The translations under genes and the position numbers were made by a program. This document shows, piece by piece, positions 44,168 through 54,479 of a stretch of 64,000 nucleotides of DNA. The notes under the pieces are model-generated. The model was not told the DNA's origin and made no database searches. It saw nothing but the letters and a program-made list of their open reading frames with translations. The first letter of the stretch is position 1, and the number at the start of each line of letters is the position of its first letter. Origin of the DNA: Deltaproteobacteria bacterium (lineage in GTDB: Bacteria; Myxococcota; Kuafuiibacteriia; Kuafuiibacteriales; Kuafuiibacteriaceae); assembly GCA_040218735.1 (NCBI GenBank), contig JAVJQW010000015.1, positions 1 through 64,000 on the forward strand. Direction: 5' to 3'.

Positions 44168-47100
44168 TCAAAAGACGGTGAAGTCGGTGTAGAAGACGAA
44201 CAGCTTGATGTCGGTCAGCTGGTCGAGGTTGATGTCGAGGTTCACGGCTTCGTCGCGCTGGTTGAAGACGAGCTCCCAAGTGTCGTTCACGAGCGGCATG
44301 TCGCGGAGGCGATAGCTCCGGTACACACCCGGCTCCTGCGAGAACTCCCGCGTGGAGTTGAAGTACGGGTTGATGACCGCGGTGCGCTGCGGGAACCGGT
44401 AGAAGCTTCGGCCGCCGGCGATGGTGTCGACCGTCGACGTGCCCCGCTGCCGCAGGTAGACGCGCCCGAGGTAGTCACCCACGTCGTTCCCCTCGACGTT
44501 GGCCTCCACGTAGAAGATCTTGTGGTTGCGCGTGAGCGGCGACAGCGCATCCAGCCGCGTTGAGAACGGGATCGCGATGTAGCCGTTGGTGTCGAGGTAC
44601 TGCGGGTCCCGAAGTGCCTCCCGCATCCGCGCGACACGTTCGTCCACGCGCAGGGCGCGGCCGTCGTCGCCGATCCTCGGGATGCCGAGGATGTCGTCCT
44701 GCAGGGAGACCTGAAGGACGCGGAGGTCCGGGTTGCCGTAGACCTCCTCGAACGCCAGGAAGTCGTTGCGTAGCTCGATGATGTAGTTCTCGAGGTTGTA
44801 GTCGCCGGCCGAGACCATGCGCGTGAGGAACAGTTGGTCGCGGGGCGCGTAGCTCTGGCTCGTGTAGTACTCGTAGACGAGCGTGAGCCGGTAGGCTTCT
44901 TCGAGCGCGTCGTTGAACGCGATCTCCGCGTTCAGGACGGCGTCGTTGCGGTAGATGCGGATGTTCGGGTCGTTGCGCGCGGCCTGCACGTTGACCGAGA
45001 GCTCCAGCGCTTCACGCCGCTCCAACTCGACACGCCGGGCCAGCTGACGCGACTTCGAGACCTGCGACAGCGCGAGCCCGAGGCGTAGCTGTGCGGCGAG
45101 CATCGACAGATCCAGCTCCGCGAGGCTCAGCAGCTGGCTCTTCGTCTCGTAGAGGATCTCGGTTCGCGCGATCTCACACTGCTGAAGCTCGACCCACTGC
45201 GCGTTGGCGCGTTCCAGCTCCGCCTTGTCGGCCCGTCGGTCCCTCGCGTAGTCCTGCTGTTCCACCGTCGTCGCGATGTGCACCGCCGACGACGCCAGGA
45301 TGGTCGCCGCGCTCCCCGCCGCCGCCAGGCATTCGAGCGGTGCGCACGCGAGGGTCTGGGCCACGGTGACGGTGGTGTCGTAGAGCTGCAAGGCAACTTG
45401 CAGCGACTGCTCCGATTCGATGATCTCCTCCTGTACGTTGAAGGTCTTCTCGGCCGTCACGAAGTTCGCGTTGGCGATGTCCGCCTGGATGCCGCACACG
45501 GCCTCCACCCGGTCCTTCTGATGGCGGATGCGGGCGTGCAGGTTCTCGATCTGTGTGGCGACGTTGCGGAGGTCGGCCCGCGCGATGTCCATGCTCACGA
45601 TCTGCTCGTGGATGGTGCCGTTGCCGACGAAGCCACAGGGGTCGCCGTACTCGGCGTACGTCGCGCTGAGGAACGCATACTCCTCGATGGCCGGGTACAC
45701 TTCGCCGTCGTTGCCGGTGAAGACGCCGCACAGCTCGCCGAGCTGGCTCTCGTAGGTTCGCGAGAGACGTGTGAGCTCCGCTTGGAAGCTGGCCTCGTCG
45801 GTGTCGAAGGTGCGCGTTTCGGCGAGTGCGGTCTGTTCGCGGCGCGCCGCGAGCTGCAGCTTCGTCTCCGCGAACTGGTAGATGCGCTCGAAGGCGTTGA
45901 TGTCGACGTTGGCGCCGCCCGTGCCGAGCGCGGGGAACGGCACGTAGTCCGGCGGGAAGCCGAGAATGTTCACCTCGTCGGTGATGGACTGGTAGACGCG
46001 GCCGAGGTCGAGGAGCGCCACGGAGTACGCGCGCTGCGCGCGTTCCAGCTCGCGCAGGAGCTGAGGTTTGTTGGTGCCGCCGGAGATGTCGTAGAGCCGG
46101 TTGATGACACTCGCGAGCGCGACGGACTCCAGATAGGTCTGGTTGTAGGCGCGCATCGCCACGCGCCGCGCGAGCCCGGCCTCGCCGAAGCCTTGGTAGC
46201 GCCGCGCGATCTCCGACCAGGCCCGCGAGCGCTGGGTCGACGCGCGGATCAATCGGTCGAAGTACGTCGTGACCGTCGCCGACGACAGGAAGTTCCGGGC
46301 GATCTGCGGCGAGCCGGACTCCAGCGCCGCCGAGATGACGGAGGACATCCGGTAGAAGCGGTCGAGGACGAGTGTGTAGTACTGCACCGCTCGGTGCAGC
46401 GTGAACATCTCGAAGCCCGCGATGCCGGAGATGGACAGCCCGCCGACTTCGAACGCATCACCCGGGAATCCCGCGGTGCTCAGCCCGGCGAGGTCGAAGC
46501 GTGACTCGAACGCGCTCGTGTAGGCTTCGTCGCCGAGCATGATGAGGAGCTCCGCGTAGAGGCGCTCGAAGCCGTCACGGCGAGATTCGCCGCTCGCGGG
46601 GCCGGGCTCGTAGGCTGCGAAGTTCTCTTCGAGGTACGCGAACAGCGTCGAGCTCATGGGGTCGTTCGGGTCCGAGAAGAAGTGCTCGTAGATGTCGAGC
46701 AGACAGTCGACGCGCTCGCGGATCTGCTCGATCGCCACCGGGTCGTAGCAGTAGGGCGGCGCGGAGGCCGACAGCGGCTGGCAGATCGCCGGCGTGAAGC
46801 CGAGGTTCGTGCCGGAGCGGTTGGAGAAGCGCGTCTTGTAGCGGAACGCGTCTTCGATCGAGGCGAGCAGCGGCGCGAAGTACAGATTCGATGCGCTCGG
46901 TCGGTAGAAGATCTTGCCGGCGCGGCGGTCGAGCGGATCCGCGTCGCACGTGTTTGCGCCGTTCGCGCAGGAGAACGTCGGACGCAGCTGCGTCACCACG
47001 CTGCCGCTCGCGGTCCACTGCGAGAGTGTGCTCGCGCACGTCCCGGCCGCCTGGCACGGGTGATTCACGACCGTGCCGTGCTGGCTCGCGTCGGCCGCGA

Positions 47101-50100
47101 AGAAGATGACGTTGCTCTCGAGCGGGCAGGCGACGCGCGTGTCCTGGTAGCGGTTGCCGCAGTCGGAGGTGTCCGTGCCGAGGGTACACTGCGTGCCGAC
47201 GCTGTTCGCGCCGCCGTCGTTGCAGATGCCGTCGTTGGCCAGGCCGCAGGTGTCGTCGTTCGGGTGCCCGCCGGCGCCCCAGCAGGCCACGTTGTCGGCG
47301 CCGCCGTTGAACAGACCGGTCTCCTCGCACAGGTAATGGATCTCGGTGCCGCCGCCGGTGCACGACGCCGCGTTGCCGGCGGGGTGCGTCCACGCCTCGG
47401 CGGGATCCGGGGTGCCGCCGGTGATCAGGTTGGCGGCGACCGACGCCGCGTTGTTCGCCGTCACCTGAGCGACGCCGAGCTGTGCGAGCAGCTCCGCGCT
47501 GCACTGCACCGCGTTGGCGCCCGCGATACCCGCGATCGCCGTCGGCTGCACCGTTCCCTCGTAGTCGTCGGGGATCTGGTTGCCGTTGTCGTCGGCGCGG
47601 TCGAGGTCGACCGGTCGACGTTCGAGCATCAGGTAGCCGTACGCCGTGAGATCGTCGCCGCCCAAGAAGGACGGGAACGTCTCCCGGAAGAGGATGAAGA
47701 TGCGGCTCTGGTCGATCATCGCCCCGTCGAGGAGTTGGACGCGGCGCTGGACGACCTGGCCGTTCGGGATCGGGTTGCCGCGAGCCAAGGAGCGGTTCGC
47801 CACCTGGACCTCGGGGAGGATTCGATCGATCGGCGTTTCGTAGCCCGGAAGCCGCATGTCGACGCACCACGCACGCTCGTGGAAGCCACCGACGATCTCC
47901 GTCCCTCGTACGAAGCCGGGGACGAGCCACGGGACGCGCGTCTCGACGAAGCCGGCGCCGCACGACACGGCGTCTGATTTCGGGTAGCGACCGCCGACCG
48001 CGAGATCGAGCGTGAGGCCGTCGGGCTCGCCCGGGCCGGTGGAGGTCTGCAGGAACGTGACGCAGTGGCCGGTGATGCTCGGGTCGCAGTGGGCGATGTC
48101 CGTGGGGTCGGCCTCGAACGTGAGCTCGACCTGCGGGTTGCCGGGGTAGTGCAGCGCGGTCTCGGAGACGACGCGGCCCACGAGCTGCTCGGGCGCCGAC
48201 GCGTCGGGCGCGTAGACATTGATCGCCATCGGGAACACGGCGGAGCCGGTGGGGATCGGGGAGGCCTCGAGGTTCGTGACGTACGGTCGCGGGAACGCAC
48301 CCGGCACGCCCTCACTGAAGAGGTAGCAAGCGCCTTGCTGCGCGACGCAGTCGCTCGTCACCGACGGAAAGCGCCACTGCTCGGACTCGGTCGCGACGAG
48401 CACCGCCGCCATCTCGGGCCAGCCGCCGCCGAGGCTCCCGTTGCGGAACGCGCCCCACCGCTGGATGAGGCCGTTGGCGACGGGGAGATCGTTCGGCTGG
48501 CCCTGGCGTGCCTCGACGAGGCGCCGGGGGCGAGCAAGCCAACCTTGCCCCTCCGCGGTGGTGTCGATGCCGTCGTCGTCGAAGTTCGCGAAGTAGACCA
48601 TCTTGCCGGCCCACTGGCCTTCCGCACGGGCGGCGTAGCTGAGATCGACGGCGGCGCTCCCGAGCCGGCTCTCCACGCGAAGTGATCCGCGCCAGCGCAC
48701 CGCGTTGATCGCCTGCGCGAGCTCGACGGTGATGCGGGGGCAGGTGTCCGACAGCTCGCAGTTGGGCTCCACGCGCACGGCGATCGCCGCGTCCGCCGTC
48801 ACCGCGCCGGACTCGCCCATGCGGATCCACCACAGGGGACAGGCCGGGCCCGTGCAGGTGTCGCCGACGTCGAGCTCGACGTTCTCGGTCGCGCCGTCCG
48901 CGCGGGCGACGGTGTGCTCGGCCTTGCGCACCGTGAACGTGACGAAGTCCGCGCTGCGGTTGATGAGCTGGAGCTCCTCGACCGTGGACACGTTGGAGAA
49001 GCTCAGACGTGAGCGCGTGACCTCGAACGTCCCGGTCTCCGAGGTGTTGACCGCGCTGGTGTCGCGGCTCGCGCTGGGCATGCAGAAGCCGACCACGTTG
49101 TCCTCGGACTCGCAGATCGTCCCGCCCGGGCAGTCGTTGCTGGTGCCCACCGCGCAGCGCTCGCGGCAGACGTGGGCGAAGCAGCCGAACCCGGAGTCTT
49201 CGCAGTCTGCGTCCGTGCCGCAGTTCGAGTAGCAGTAGCCGCGCATGCACTGCTGGTGCTCCGGACACTGGCCGTCCGAGAAACACTGCCGTCGCGGAGA
49301 CTCGGGCGGCTTGCACTCGCCCTGGTCGCAGACGAGCGCGTCGAGGCAGCCGTCCATGTATCCGTCGGGGCCGCAACGGCGCACGACGCCGGTTTCGTCC
49401 GTCAGGTCGCCGGAGCACGCCGTGTAACACTTGGGGTCTGCGGGAGGCGTGCGGCCCTGGATGGTCTCGTCGCCGGCGCAGTGCCCGTTCACACACGCGA
49501 GGCCGGGGAGGCAGGCGTCGGCTTGGCACTGGCAGCCGAGCGTGCCGAGCTCGCAGTACACACACGCCGCCGGCACGACGGTCTGGTCACAGCGACCGTT
49601 GGTGTCGCAAGTGCCGTCGTCCCGGCACGCGCCCCCCACGCGCCCGGTCTGGTCGACGCAAGTCAGGTTGCGGCAGGCCAGCCCCGGGTCACAGGAACCG
49701 GCCAAGCACTCGCAGCCCAACCCACCCGGGATGCAGCGCTCCGCGCGACACAATCCGTCCACGCAGGTGGCGTCGCTGCCGCAGGACGTACCGTTCGAAC
49801 ACACGCAGCCGAGCGCGCCCGCGGGGCACGCGCTCGATTCGCAGAGGCTCGCGGCGTTGCAGACCAGAGGCTGACCGCCGGTGTCCCGGCCGCAGCTGCC
49901 GTCGAGGCACGGGCAGCCCGCGGTGCCGTCGGGGCAGTCCGCCTCGACGCACAGGGCATCGGCGCACGTCAGCCCCTCGTCACATCCACCGGACGGGAGG
50001 CAGGCGCAGGCCTCGGCCCCCGCGACACATTCGGGATCTTCGCCGCCGCTGCAGGCGGCGAGCAGGGAGAGACTGACGAACAGAGCGCTGAGGGCGTGAC

Positions 50101-50107
50101 GTTTCAT
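44168..50107 (-). CDS. Cys-rich lipoprotein with TcA-like C-terminus (helical channel and TcB-binding-like domain)
   Basis: LAAC lipobox; long coiled coil with a hydrophobic hairpin (~45260-45380); terminal QVSL...NHKIFYVEANV...WELVF...LTDIKLFVFYT pattern resembling the TcA TcB-binding domain. Confidence 0.75.
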   Translation of the reverse strand: MKRHALSALFVSLSLLAACSGGEDPECVAGAEACACLPSGGCDEGLTCADALCVEADCPDGTAGCPCLDGSCGRDTGGQPLVCNAASLCESSACPAGALGCVCSNGTSCGSDATCVDGLCRAERCIPGGLGCECLAGSCDPGLACRNLTCVDQTGRVGGACRDDGTCDTNGRCDQTVVPAACVYCELGTLGCQCQADACLPGLACVNGHCAGDETIQGRTPPADPKCYTACSGDLTDETGVVRRCGPDGYMDGCLDALVCDQGECKPPESPRRQCFSDGQCPEHQQCMRGYCYSNCGTDADCEDSGFGCFAHVCRERCAVGTSNDCPGGTICESEDNVVGFCMPSASRDTSAVNTSETGTFEVTRSRLSFSNVSTVEELQLINRSADFVTFTVRKAEHTVARADGATENVELDVGDTCTGPACPLWWIRMGESGAVTADAAIAVRVEPNCELSDTCPRITVELAQAINAVRWRGSLRVESRLGSAAVDLSYAARAEGQWAGKMVYFANFDDDGIDTTAEGQGWLARPRRLVEARQGQPNDLPVANGLIQRWGAFRNGSLGGGWPEMAAVLVATESEQWRFPSVTSDCVAQQGACYLFSEGVPGAFPRPYVTNLEASPIPTGSAVFPMAINVYAPDASAPEQLVGRVVSETALHYPGNPQVELTFEADPTDIAHCDPSITGHCVTFLQTSTGPGEPDGLTLDLAVGGRYPKSDAVSCGAGFVETRVPWLVPGFVRGTEIVGGFHERAWCVDMRLPGYETPIDRILPEVQVANRSLARGNPIPNGQVVQRRVQLLDGAMIDQSRIFILFRETFPSFLGGDDLTAYGYLMLERRPVDLDRADDNGNQIPDDYEGTVQPTAIAGIAGANAVQCSAELLAQLGVAQVTANNAASVAANLITGGTPDPAEAWTHPAGNAASCTGGGTEIHYLCEETGLFNGGADNVACWGAGGHPNDDTCGLANDGICNDGGANSVGTQCTLGTDTSDCGNRYQDTRVACPLESNVIFFAADASQHGTVVNHPCQAAGTCASTLSQWTASGSVVTQLRPTFSCANGANTCDADPLDRRAGKIFYRPSASNLYFAPLLASIEDAFRYKTRFSNRSGTNLGFTPAICQPLSASAPPYCYDPVAIEQIRERVDCLLDIYEHFFSDPNDPMSSTLFAYLEENFAAYEPGPASGESRRDGFERLYAELLIMLGDEAYTSAFESRFDLAGLSTAGFPGDAFEVGGLSISGIAGFEMFTLHRAVQYYTLVLDRFYRMSSVISAALESGSPQIARNFLSSATVTTYFDRLIRASTQRSRAWSEIARRYQGFGEAGLARRVAMRAYNQTYLESVALASVINRLYDISGGTNKPQLLRELERAQRAYSVALLDLGRVYQSITDEVNILGFPPDYVPFPALGTGGANVDINAFERIYQFAETKLQLAARREQTALAETRTFDTDEASFQAELTRLSRTYESQLGELCGVFTGNDGEVYPAIEEYAFLSATYAEYGDPCGFVGNGTIHEQIVSMDIARADLRNVATQIENLHARIRHQKDRVEAVCGIQADIANANFVTAEKTFNVQEEIIESEQSLQVALQLYDTTVTVAQTLACAPLECLAAAGSAATILASSAVHIATTVEQQDYARDRRADKAELERANAQWVELQQCEIARTEILYETKSQLLSLAELDLSMLAAQLRLGLALSQVSKSRQLARRVELERREALELSVNVQAARNDPNIRIYRNDAVLNAEIAFNDALEEAYRLTLVYEYYTSQSYAPRDQLFLTRMVSAGDYNLENYIIELRNDFLAFEEVYGNPDLRVLQVSLQDDILGIPRIGDDGRALRVDERVARMREALRDPQYLDTNGYIAIPFSTRLDALSPLTRNHKIFYVEANVEGNDVGDYLGRVYLRQRGTSTVDTIAGGRSFYRFPQRTAVINPYFNSTREFSQEPGVYRSYRLRDMPLVNDTWELVFNQRDEAVNLDINLDQLTDIKLFVFYTDFTVF

Positions 50108-50134
50108 GGTGGGTTGCCTTCCGGGTCGAGGGGA

Positions 50135-50632
50135 TCAGTCGATGGACGCGGAGGCGGAGGTGAGGAGCGCCCCCGCCTCGTCGAAGCACTCCACCTTGGA
50201 GACGGACACGCCGCTCGGCTCGCCGTTCAGCTCCAGGCTCACGGCGTCGCTCGGGAGCGCTCCGGCCGGGCTCGCGATCGCGATCGCATAGCGCGGCGGT
50301 CGTGCGCGAAGGACGCCCTCGACGCCCGAGCGCGGCGCAATCCGCACGACCTCGGTCGCGGCGCTCTCGAGGAGGATCTCGCAGGCGCGCGCGCCGTCGG
50401 CCAAGAGCGCGAGCTCGCCGGGGGTGGTGTCCCCGTCCTTGCAGATCCCTTCGTCGCTACACACCTGGCCGGCGGGGCAACCGGAGCCGGGGCTGCACGC
50501 GGTTTGCGGATCGTCGTCGCCGGACGAACACGCGAAGGCGCCGAGCCCTACGCAGAGGGCCAGGGTGAGACGCCAGCGGCGTCGAAGGAGGGTCGCGGTG
50601 GCGCAGGTGGCGCCCAGGTTGGTCTTTTCCAC
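50135..50632 (-). CDS. Small lipoprotein with Cys-rich module and beta-rich domain
   Basis: AFAC lipobox, CPAGQVC module; first gene of the leftward operon. Confidence 0.75.
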   Translation of the reverse strand: MEKTNLGATCATATLLRRRWRLTLALCVGLGAFACSSGDDDPQTACSPGSGCPAGQVCSDEGICKDGDTTPGELALLADGARACEILLESAATEVVRIAPRSGVEGVLRARPPRYAIAIASPAGALPSDAVSLELNGEPSGVSVSKVECFDEAGALLTSASASID

Positions 50633-50639
50633 GTGAGGG

Positions 50640-50672
50640 CAGCCGAAGGCGGCGCCCCACTTCCGACATCGG
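50640..50672 (-). promoter_or_regulatory. Putative ECF promoter CCGATGTCG-N18-CGGCTG (leftward operon)
   Basis: Exact motif, 7 nt upstream of the GTG at 50632. Confidence 0.7.
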
Positions 50673-50718
50673 CGTGTCGATTTTCGGGATCAGCGTGCGG
50701 CGGGAGAAAAACGCTCCC

Positions 50719-50751
50719 CCGATGTCGGAGTCTCGCCGTGGTGTTCGGCTG
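50719..50751 (+). promoter_or_regulatory. Putative ECF promoter CCGATGTCG-N18-CGGCTG (fibre gene)
   Basis: Exact motif, back-to-back with the copy at 50640-50672. Confidence 0.7.
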
Positions 50752-50817
50752 CACTCCGGTAACCACGCTGCGCCCGGGTCCGCGACCCAGGCTGGCCCCT
50801 GACCGTAGGAGACCACC

Positions 50818-51972
50818 ATGAATCACTCGACCCGAATCGCGGCGCTCGCGGTTCCGCTTGCCCTGCTCGTCGCCAGCGCCGCCGAGGCTCAGAGCGACGG
50901 CAACCCGGCCACGAGCGACGTGCTCACGAGCGGCCTCGTCGTGCCCTACGACGGGTTCTTGATGCTCGACAACACACCCATGACCGGGAGCTTCAACCTG
51001 CGCTTCGAGCTGTGGGACCACCCGACCCAGACGGGCACGAACCGCCTCGTCTGGTCCGAGAACCAGAGCGTCACCTTCTTCAACGGACGTTTCTCGGTCG
51101 GCCTCGGCGCCGGAACTCAGGTCAGCGCGCGCTCGATGCGGGAGGTCGTCGCCGACGGCGAGAAGCTGTACCTGGCGATCCAGGTCGAGGACGGGAGCGG
51201 TACGCTGGTCCCGCTCAGTGGCCGACAGGCCATCGAGCCGGTGCCGTACGCAGCGTGGAGCGCGAGCGCGGCTGACTTCGACGTCGGCGGCGACCTCACG
51301 GTCGGCGGCCGGCTAACGGCCGGCGCCCCGGGTGTTCAGGTCGTGCTCAACGATGGCGCCGTGTCGGCGTCGGGGCAGATCCAAGCGTCGAGCCTGACCA
51401 CCTCCGGACAGGTCCAGGCGGGCAGCGTCACCACGGCGGGGCAGGTCCAGGCCGGCAGCATGAGCGCCGGGGGACAGCTCCAGGCCGGTAGCCTATCCGT
51501 GACCGGAGGTGTCGCCGTCGGGCAGACGGTCGTCGCACAGGGGAGCATCACGACGTTGGGCGCCATGACCGTGGGTGCCAACGACTTCCGCCTCGGAACG
51601 AACGCCCACGCGAACGGCAACGGCGGGCGTGCGATGGTCGCCGCCGCCAGCGACACGCTGGCCATCAACTTCGGTAACGACTTCAGCGGCGGCACCCGCG
51701 TCGACGGAAACCTCACCTACGGTGGCGTGTTCCGGGGGTGGTCGGTGACCGCCGGGATGGGCCAGTACACCGACGGTAGCCGGAGCCTCGGGGTGACGAC
51801 GAGCGAAGGCGTCTGTTTCCTGACCCTCTTCTCGACGGACCACAACGAACGGGACCCGAGTCCGATGGCCTGTCACGTCTACGTCGACGGCACGACGTGG
51901 CGCCTCGGTAACAGCGAGGCGGGCGGCAACCGCGGCAACGTCGACTGCGAAGCGCGCTGCCTGGTGTTCTGA
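50818..51972 (+). CDS. Secreted fibre/adhesin-like protein
   Basis: Signal peptide, PYDGFL...F.LW...W.E...GRFSV.LG...RQ.I.PVPYA N-domain, 11-aa GQVQAGS repeats, Cys-containing tip; AGGAG RBS. Confidence 0.75.
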   Translation: MNHSTRIAALAVPLALLVASAAEAQSDGNPATSDVLTSGLVVPYDGFLMLDNTPMTGSFNLRFELWDHPTQTGTNRLVWSENQSVTFFNGRFSVGLGAGTQVSARSMREVVADGEKLYLAIQVEDGSGTLVPLSGRQAIEPVPYAAWSASAADFDVGGDLTVGGRLTAGAPGVQVVLNDGAVSASGQIQASSLTTSGQVQAGSVTTAGQVQAGSMSAGGQLQAGSLSVTGGVAVGQTVVAQGSITTLGAMTVGANDFRLGTNAHANGNGGRAMVAAASDTLAINFGNDFSGGTRVDGNLTYGGVFRGWSVTAGMGQYTDGSRSLGVTTSEGVCFLTLFSTDHNERDPSPMACHVYVDGTTWRLGNSEAGGNRGNVDCEARCLVF

Positions 51973-52036
51973 GTTGAGTGAGCTCTCCCAGGAGGGCGCG
52001 CGCTCGACGCTCTTGAATGATAGGTGTCGGGCCGAC

Positions 52037-54448
52037 GTGTCCAGTCTCACTCGACTCAAGACGCTGTTCGACGAAGCGGTGGATCTGACGCCCGCCGAGC
52101 GGGAGGGACTGCTCGTTCGCGTCGCCGAGTCGGAGCCGGAGCTCGCGGTGCAGCTGCGCGAGCTCCTCTCCCAACTCTCGCTGATGCCGGCGGCGTTCCT
52201 CGAGGACCAAGACGACGACGAGGTCGAGCGTCCGCTGGAACAGCTGGGCCGGTATCGAATCTGCCGGGAGCTCGGTCGCGGCGGGATGGGCGTCGTCTAC
52301 CTCGCGCAGCAGGACGAACCTCGACGCCTCGTTGCGCTCAAGGTCATCCGGCACGCGGAGCTCGCGACGGACGAAGTGAAGCGTCGCTTCGAGGCGGAGG
52401 CCAGTGTGCTCGCTCGGCTCCAGCACCCCGGCATCGCGCACGTCTACGACGCCGGCGCCGTGCTGCTCAACGGCGAGCACGTCCCGTACTTCGCGATGGA
52501 GCTCGTCGAGGGCGACGCGCTCGACCTCTTCGTCGAACGAACCCAAATGGCGCGAAGTGAAGTCCTCTCCCTCTTCGCTCGCATCTGCGACGGGGTCGAG
52601 GCGGCGCACCGACAGGGCATCGTGCATCGGGACCTCAAGCCGGCCAACATCATCGTCGCGTCGGACCCCGCCGGTCCCAAACCGAAGATCTTGGACTTCG
52701 GCGTGGCGCGTGTCCTCGACGGCGAAGACCAGGTCTCGACGATGCACACGCGCGCGGGCGACATCATCGGGACCGTCGGTTACATGAGCCCGGAGCAGCT
52801 CGCGGGGAAGTCGGCCGAGGTCGACGCCCGCGCGGACGTCTACGCTCTCGGCGTGCTGCTCTTCCGACTCCTCACGGGGCGGATGCCGTACGAGCTGCAG
52901 GGCAAGTCGCTCCCGAAGGTCGTCCAGCAGGTCCACGAAGAGGATCCGACGCGCCTCGCGAGCATCTCCTCGGACCTCCGCGGCGACCTCGACGCCATCG
53001 TGAGCACCGCGCTCGAGCGCGACCTCGACCGTCGCTACGCGACCGCAGGAGCGCTCGCAGCCGACATCCGCCGGCACATCAGCAACCAACCGATCGAGGC
53101 GCAGCCGGCCAGCCAAATCTACCTCGCCAAGAAGTTCGTTCGCCGGCACCGCACGCTGGTGAGCGCCGTGGCCCTGACCACGACCGCGTTGGTGTTGGCG
53201 CTGTTCTTCAGCCTGCGTGCGTACTTCGAGGCGGAGCGGGAGCGTGTCTCGAAGGAGCTCGCGCTCGAAACCTCCGACGCGGTGGTGGAGTTCCTCACGG
53301 ACATGTTGAACAGAGCCAGCCCCGAGTCCGGCGATCGCAAGGTCACGGTCGTCGATGCGCTTCGTGCTGCGGAGAAGGACGTGGAGGAACGCTTCGCCGA
53401 CCGACCCGTCGTGGCGGCGCGGATTCAGCACACGCTCGGACACACGTTGTTCCAGCTAGGGGAGCTCGATCGGTCCAAGGCCCAGCTCGAGGCAGCCTTG
53501 CGCCTGCCGAGCGACGAAGAGGAGGCGCTCAATGCCCGGCGCGTGCTTGCGTTGATCGCCTACGAGCAGGGAGACCTCGAGAAGTCCGCGCGCCTGGGCA
53601 ACGCGCTCGTCGCGGACTTCGCGGCGCTGCCGGCCGAAGAGCATGCGGAGCTGTTCGTCCACACGTTGCTCGTCCTGAGTCGGACCGAGGCCCAGCGATC
53701 TCGGTTCGAGGTGGCGGCCGGTCACCTCGACCGAGCGGACGAGATCGTTCGCGAGCTCATCCCGGACGACGAAGAGTTGCTCCTGGGAATCGGCGTCAAA
53801 CGCGCGACATTGTCCGCGCGAAACCTGCAGTGGGACGACGTCATCGCGCGCTACGAGGCCCTCCTTCCGCGGCACCAGCGCCACTTCGGTCCGAAGAACG
53901 TCCGGACCCTCGCGGTCCTCGGCAACCTCGCATCGGGGTACGAGGGCGCCGGAGCGCTGGACAAGGCGATGGCTCTGACCGAGGAGGCCTTGGCCCTTCA
54001 CCTGGAGGTCTACGGCCCCAGCCACCTCTACACGATCAACAACGTGGTTCGGAAAGTTCGGATCCTCGCGGCCCAGGGCCAGGGCGAGGCGGCCCTGAAG
54101 GTCATCGATGAGCAGGGGTACGACGTGTTGCGCGCCGAGGGGCGCGAGGAATCGAAGTTCCCCGTCCAGGTCAGGATGGCGCGCGGACGTGCGCTGACCG
54201 CAGCGGGGCGTACGAAGGAGTCGATCGAGGTGTTCGACGACATCCTCGAAGGCTGCCGGAAGACGAAGTTCGCGGAGTGCATCTACTACACGGCACTCGC
54301 GCTTCTCGAAGCGCTGGAGCGCGCCGGAGAGTCCGAACGGTGGCGCGCGGAAGCGACGACGCTCGCCGACTGGCTCGACGACGCCGTCGGCGCAGAGCAC
54401 GCGCGGGCTAAAAAAGTTCGGGGCATGCTGATTCGGGTCGACGAGTAG
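52037..54448 (+). CDS. Membrane Ser/Thr protein kinase with C-terminal TPRs
   Basis: LGRGGMGVVY, VALK, HRDLKPAN, DFG and GTVGYMSPEQ motifs; TM helix; TPR-like repeats. Confidence 0.93.
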   Translation: MSSLTRLKTLFDEAVDLTPAEREGLLVRVAESEPELAVQLRELLSQLSLMPAAFLEDQDDDEVERPLEQLGRYRICRELGRGGMGVVYLAQQDEPRRLVALKVIRHAELATDEVKRRFEAEASVLARLQHPGIAHVYDAGAVLLNGEHVPYFAMELVEGDALDLFVERTQMARSEVLSLFARICDGVEAAHRQGIVHRDLKPANIIVASDPAGPKPKILDFGVARVLDGEDQVSTMHTRAGDIIGTVGYMSPEQLAGKSAEVDARADVYALGVLLFRLLTGRMPYELQGKSLPKVVQQVHEEDPTRLASISSDLRGDLDAIVSTALERDLDRRYATAGALAADIRRHISNQPIEAQPASQIYLAKKFVRRHRTLVSAVALTTTALVLALFFSLRAYFEAERERVSKELALETSDAVVEFLTDMLNRASPESGDRKVTVVDALRAAEKDVEERFADRPVVAARIQHTLGHTLFQLGELDRSKAQLEAALRLPSDEEEALNARRVLALIAYEQGDLEKSARLGNALVADFAALPAEEHAELFVHTLLVLSRTEAQRSRFEVAAGHLDRADEIVRELIPDDEELLLGIGVKRATLSARNLQWDDVIARYEALLPRHQRHFGPKNVRTLAVLGNLASGYEGAGALDKAMALTEEALALHLEVYGPSHLYTINNVVRKVRILAAQGQGEAALKVIDEQGYDVLRAEGREESKFPVQVRMARGRALTAAGRTKESIEVFDDILEGCRKTKFAECIYYTALALLEALERAGESERWRAEATTLADWLDDAVGAEHARAKKVRGMLIRVDE

Positions 54449-54479
54449 CGCGCGAGGATCCGCACGAACACCGTGCGCC

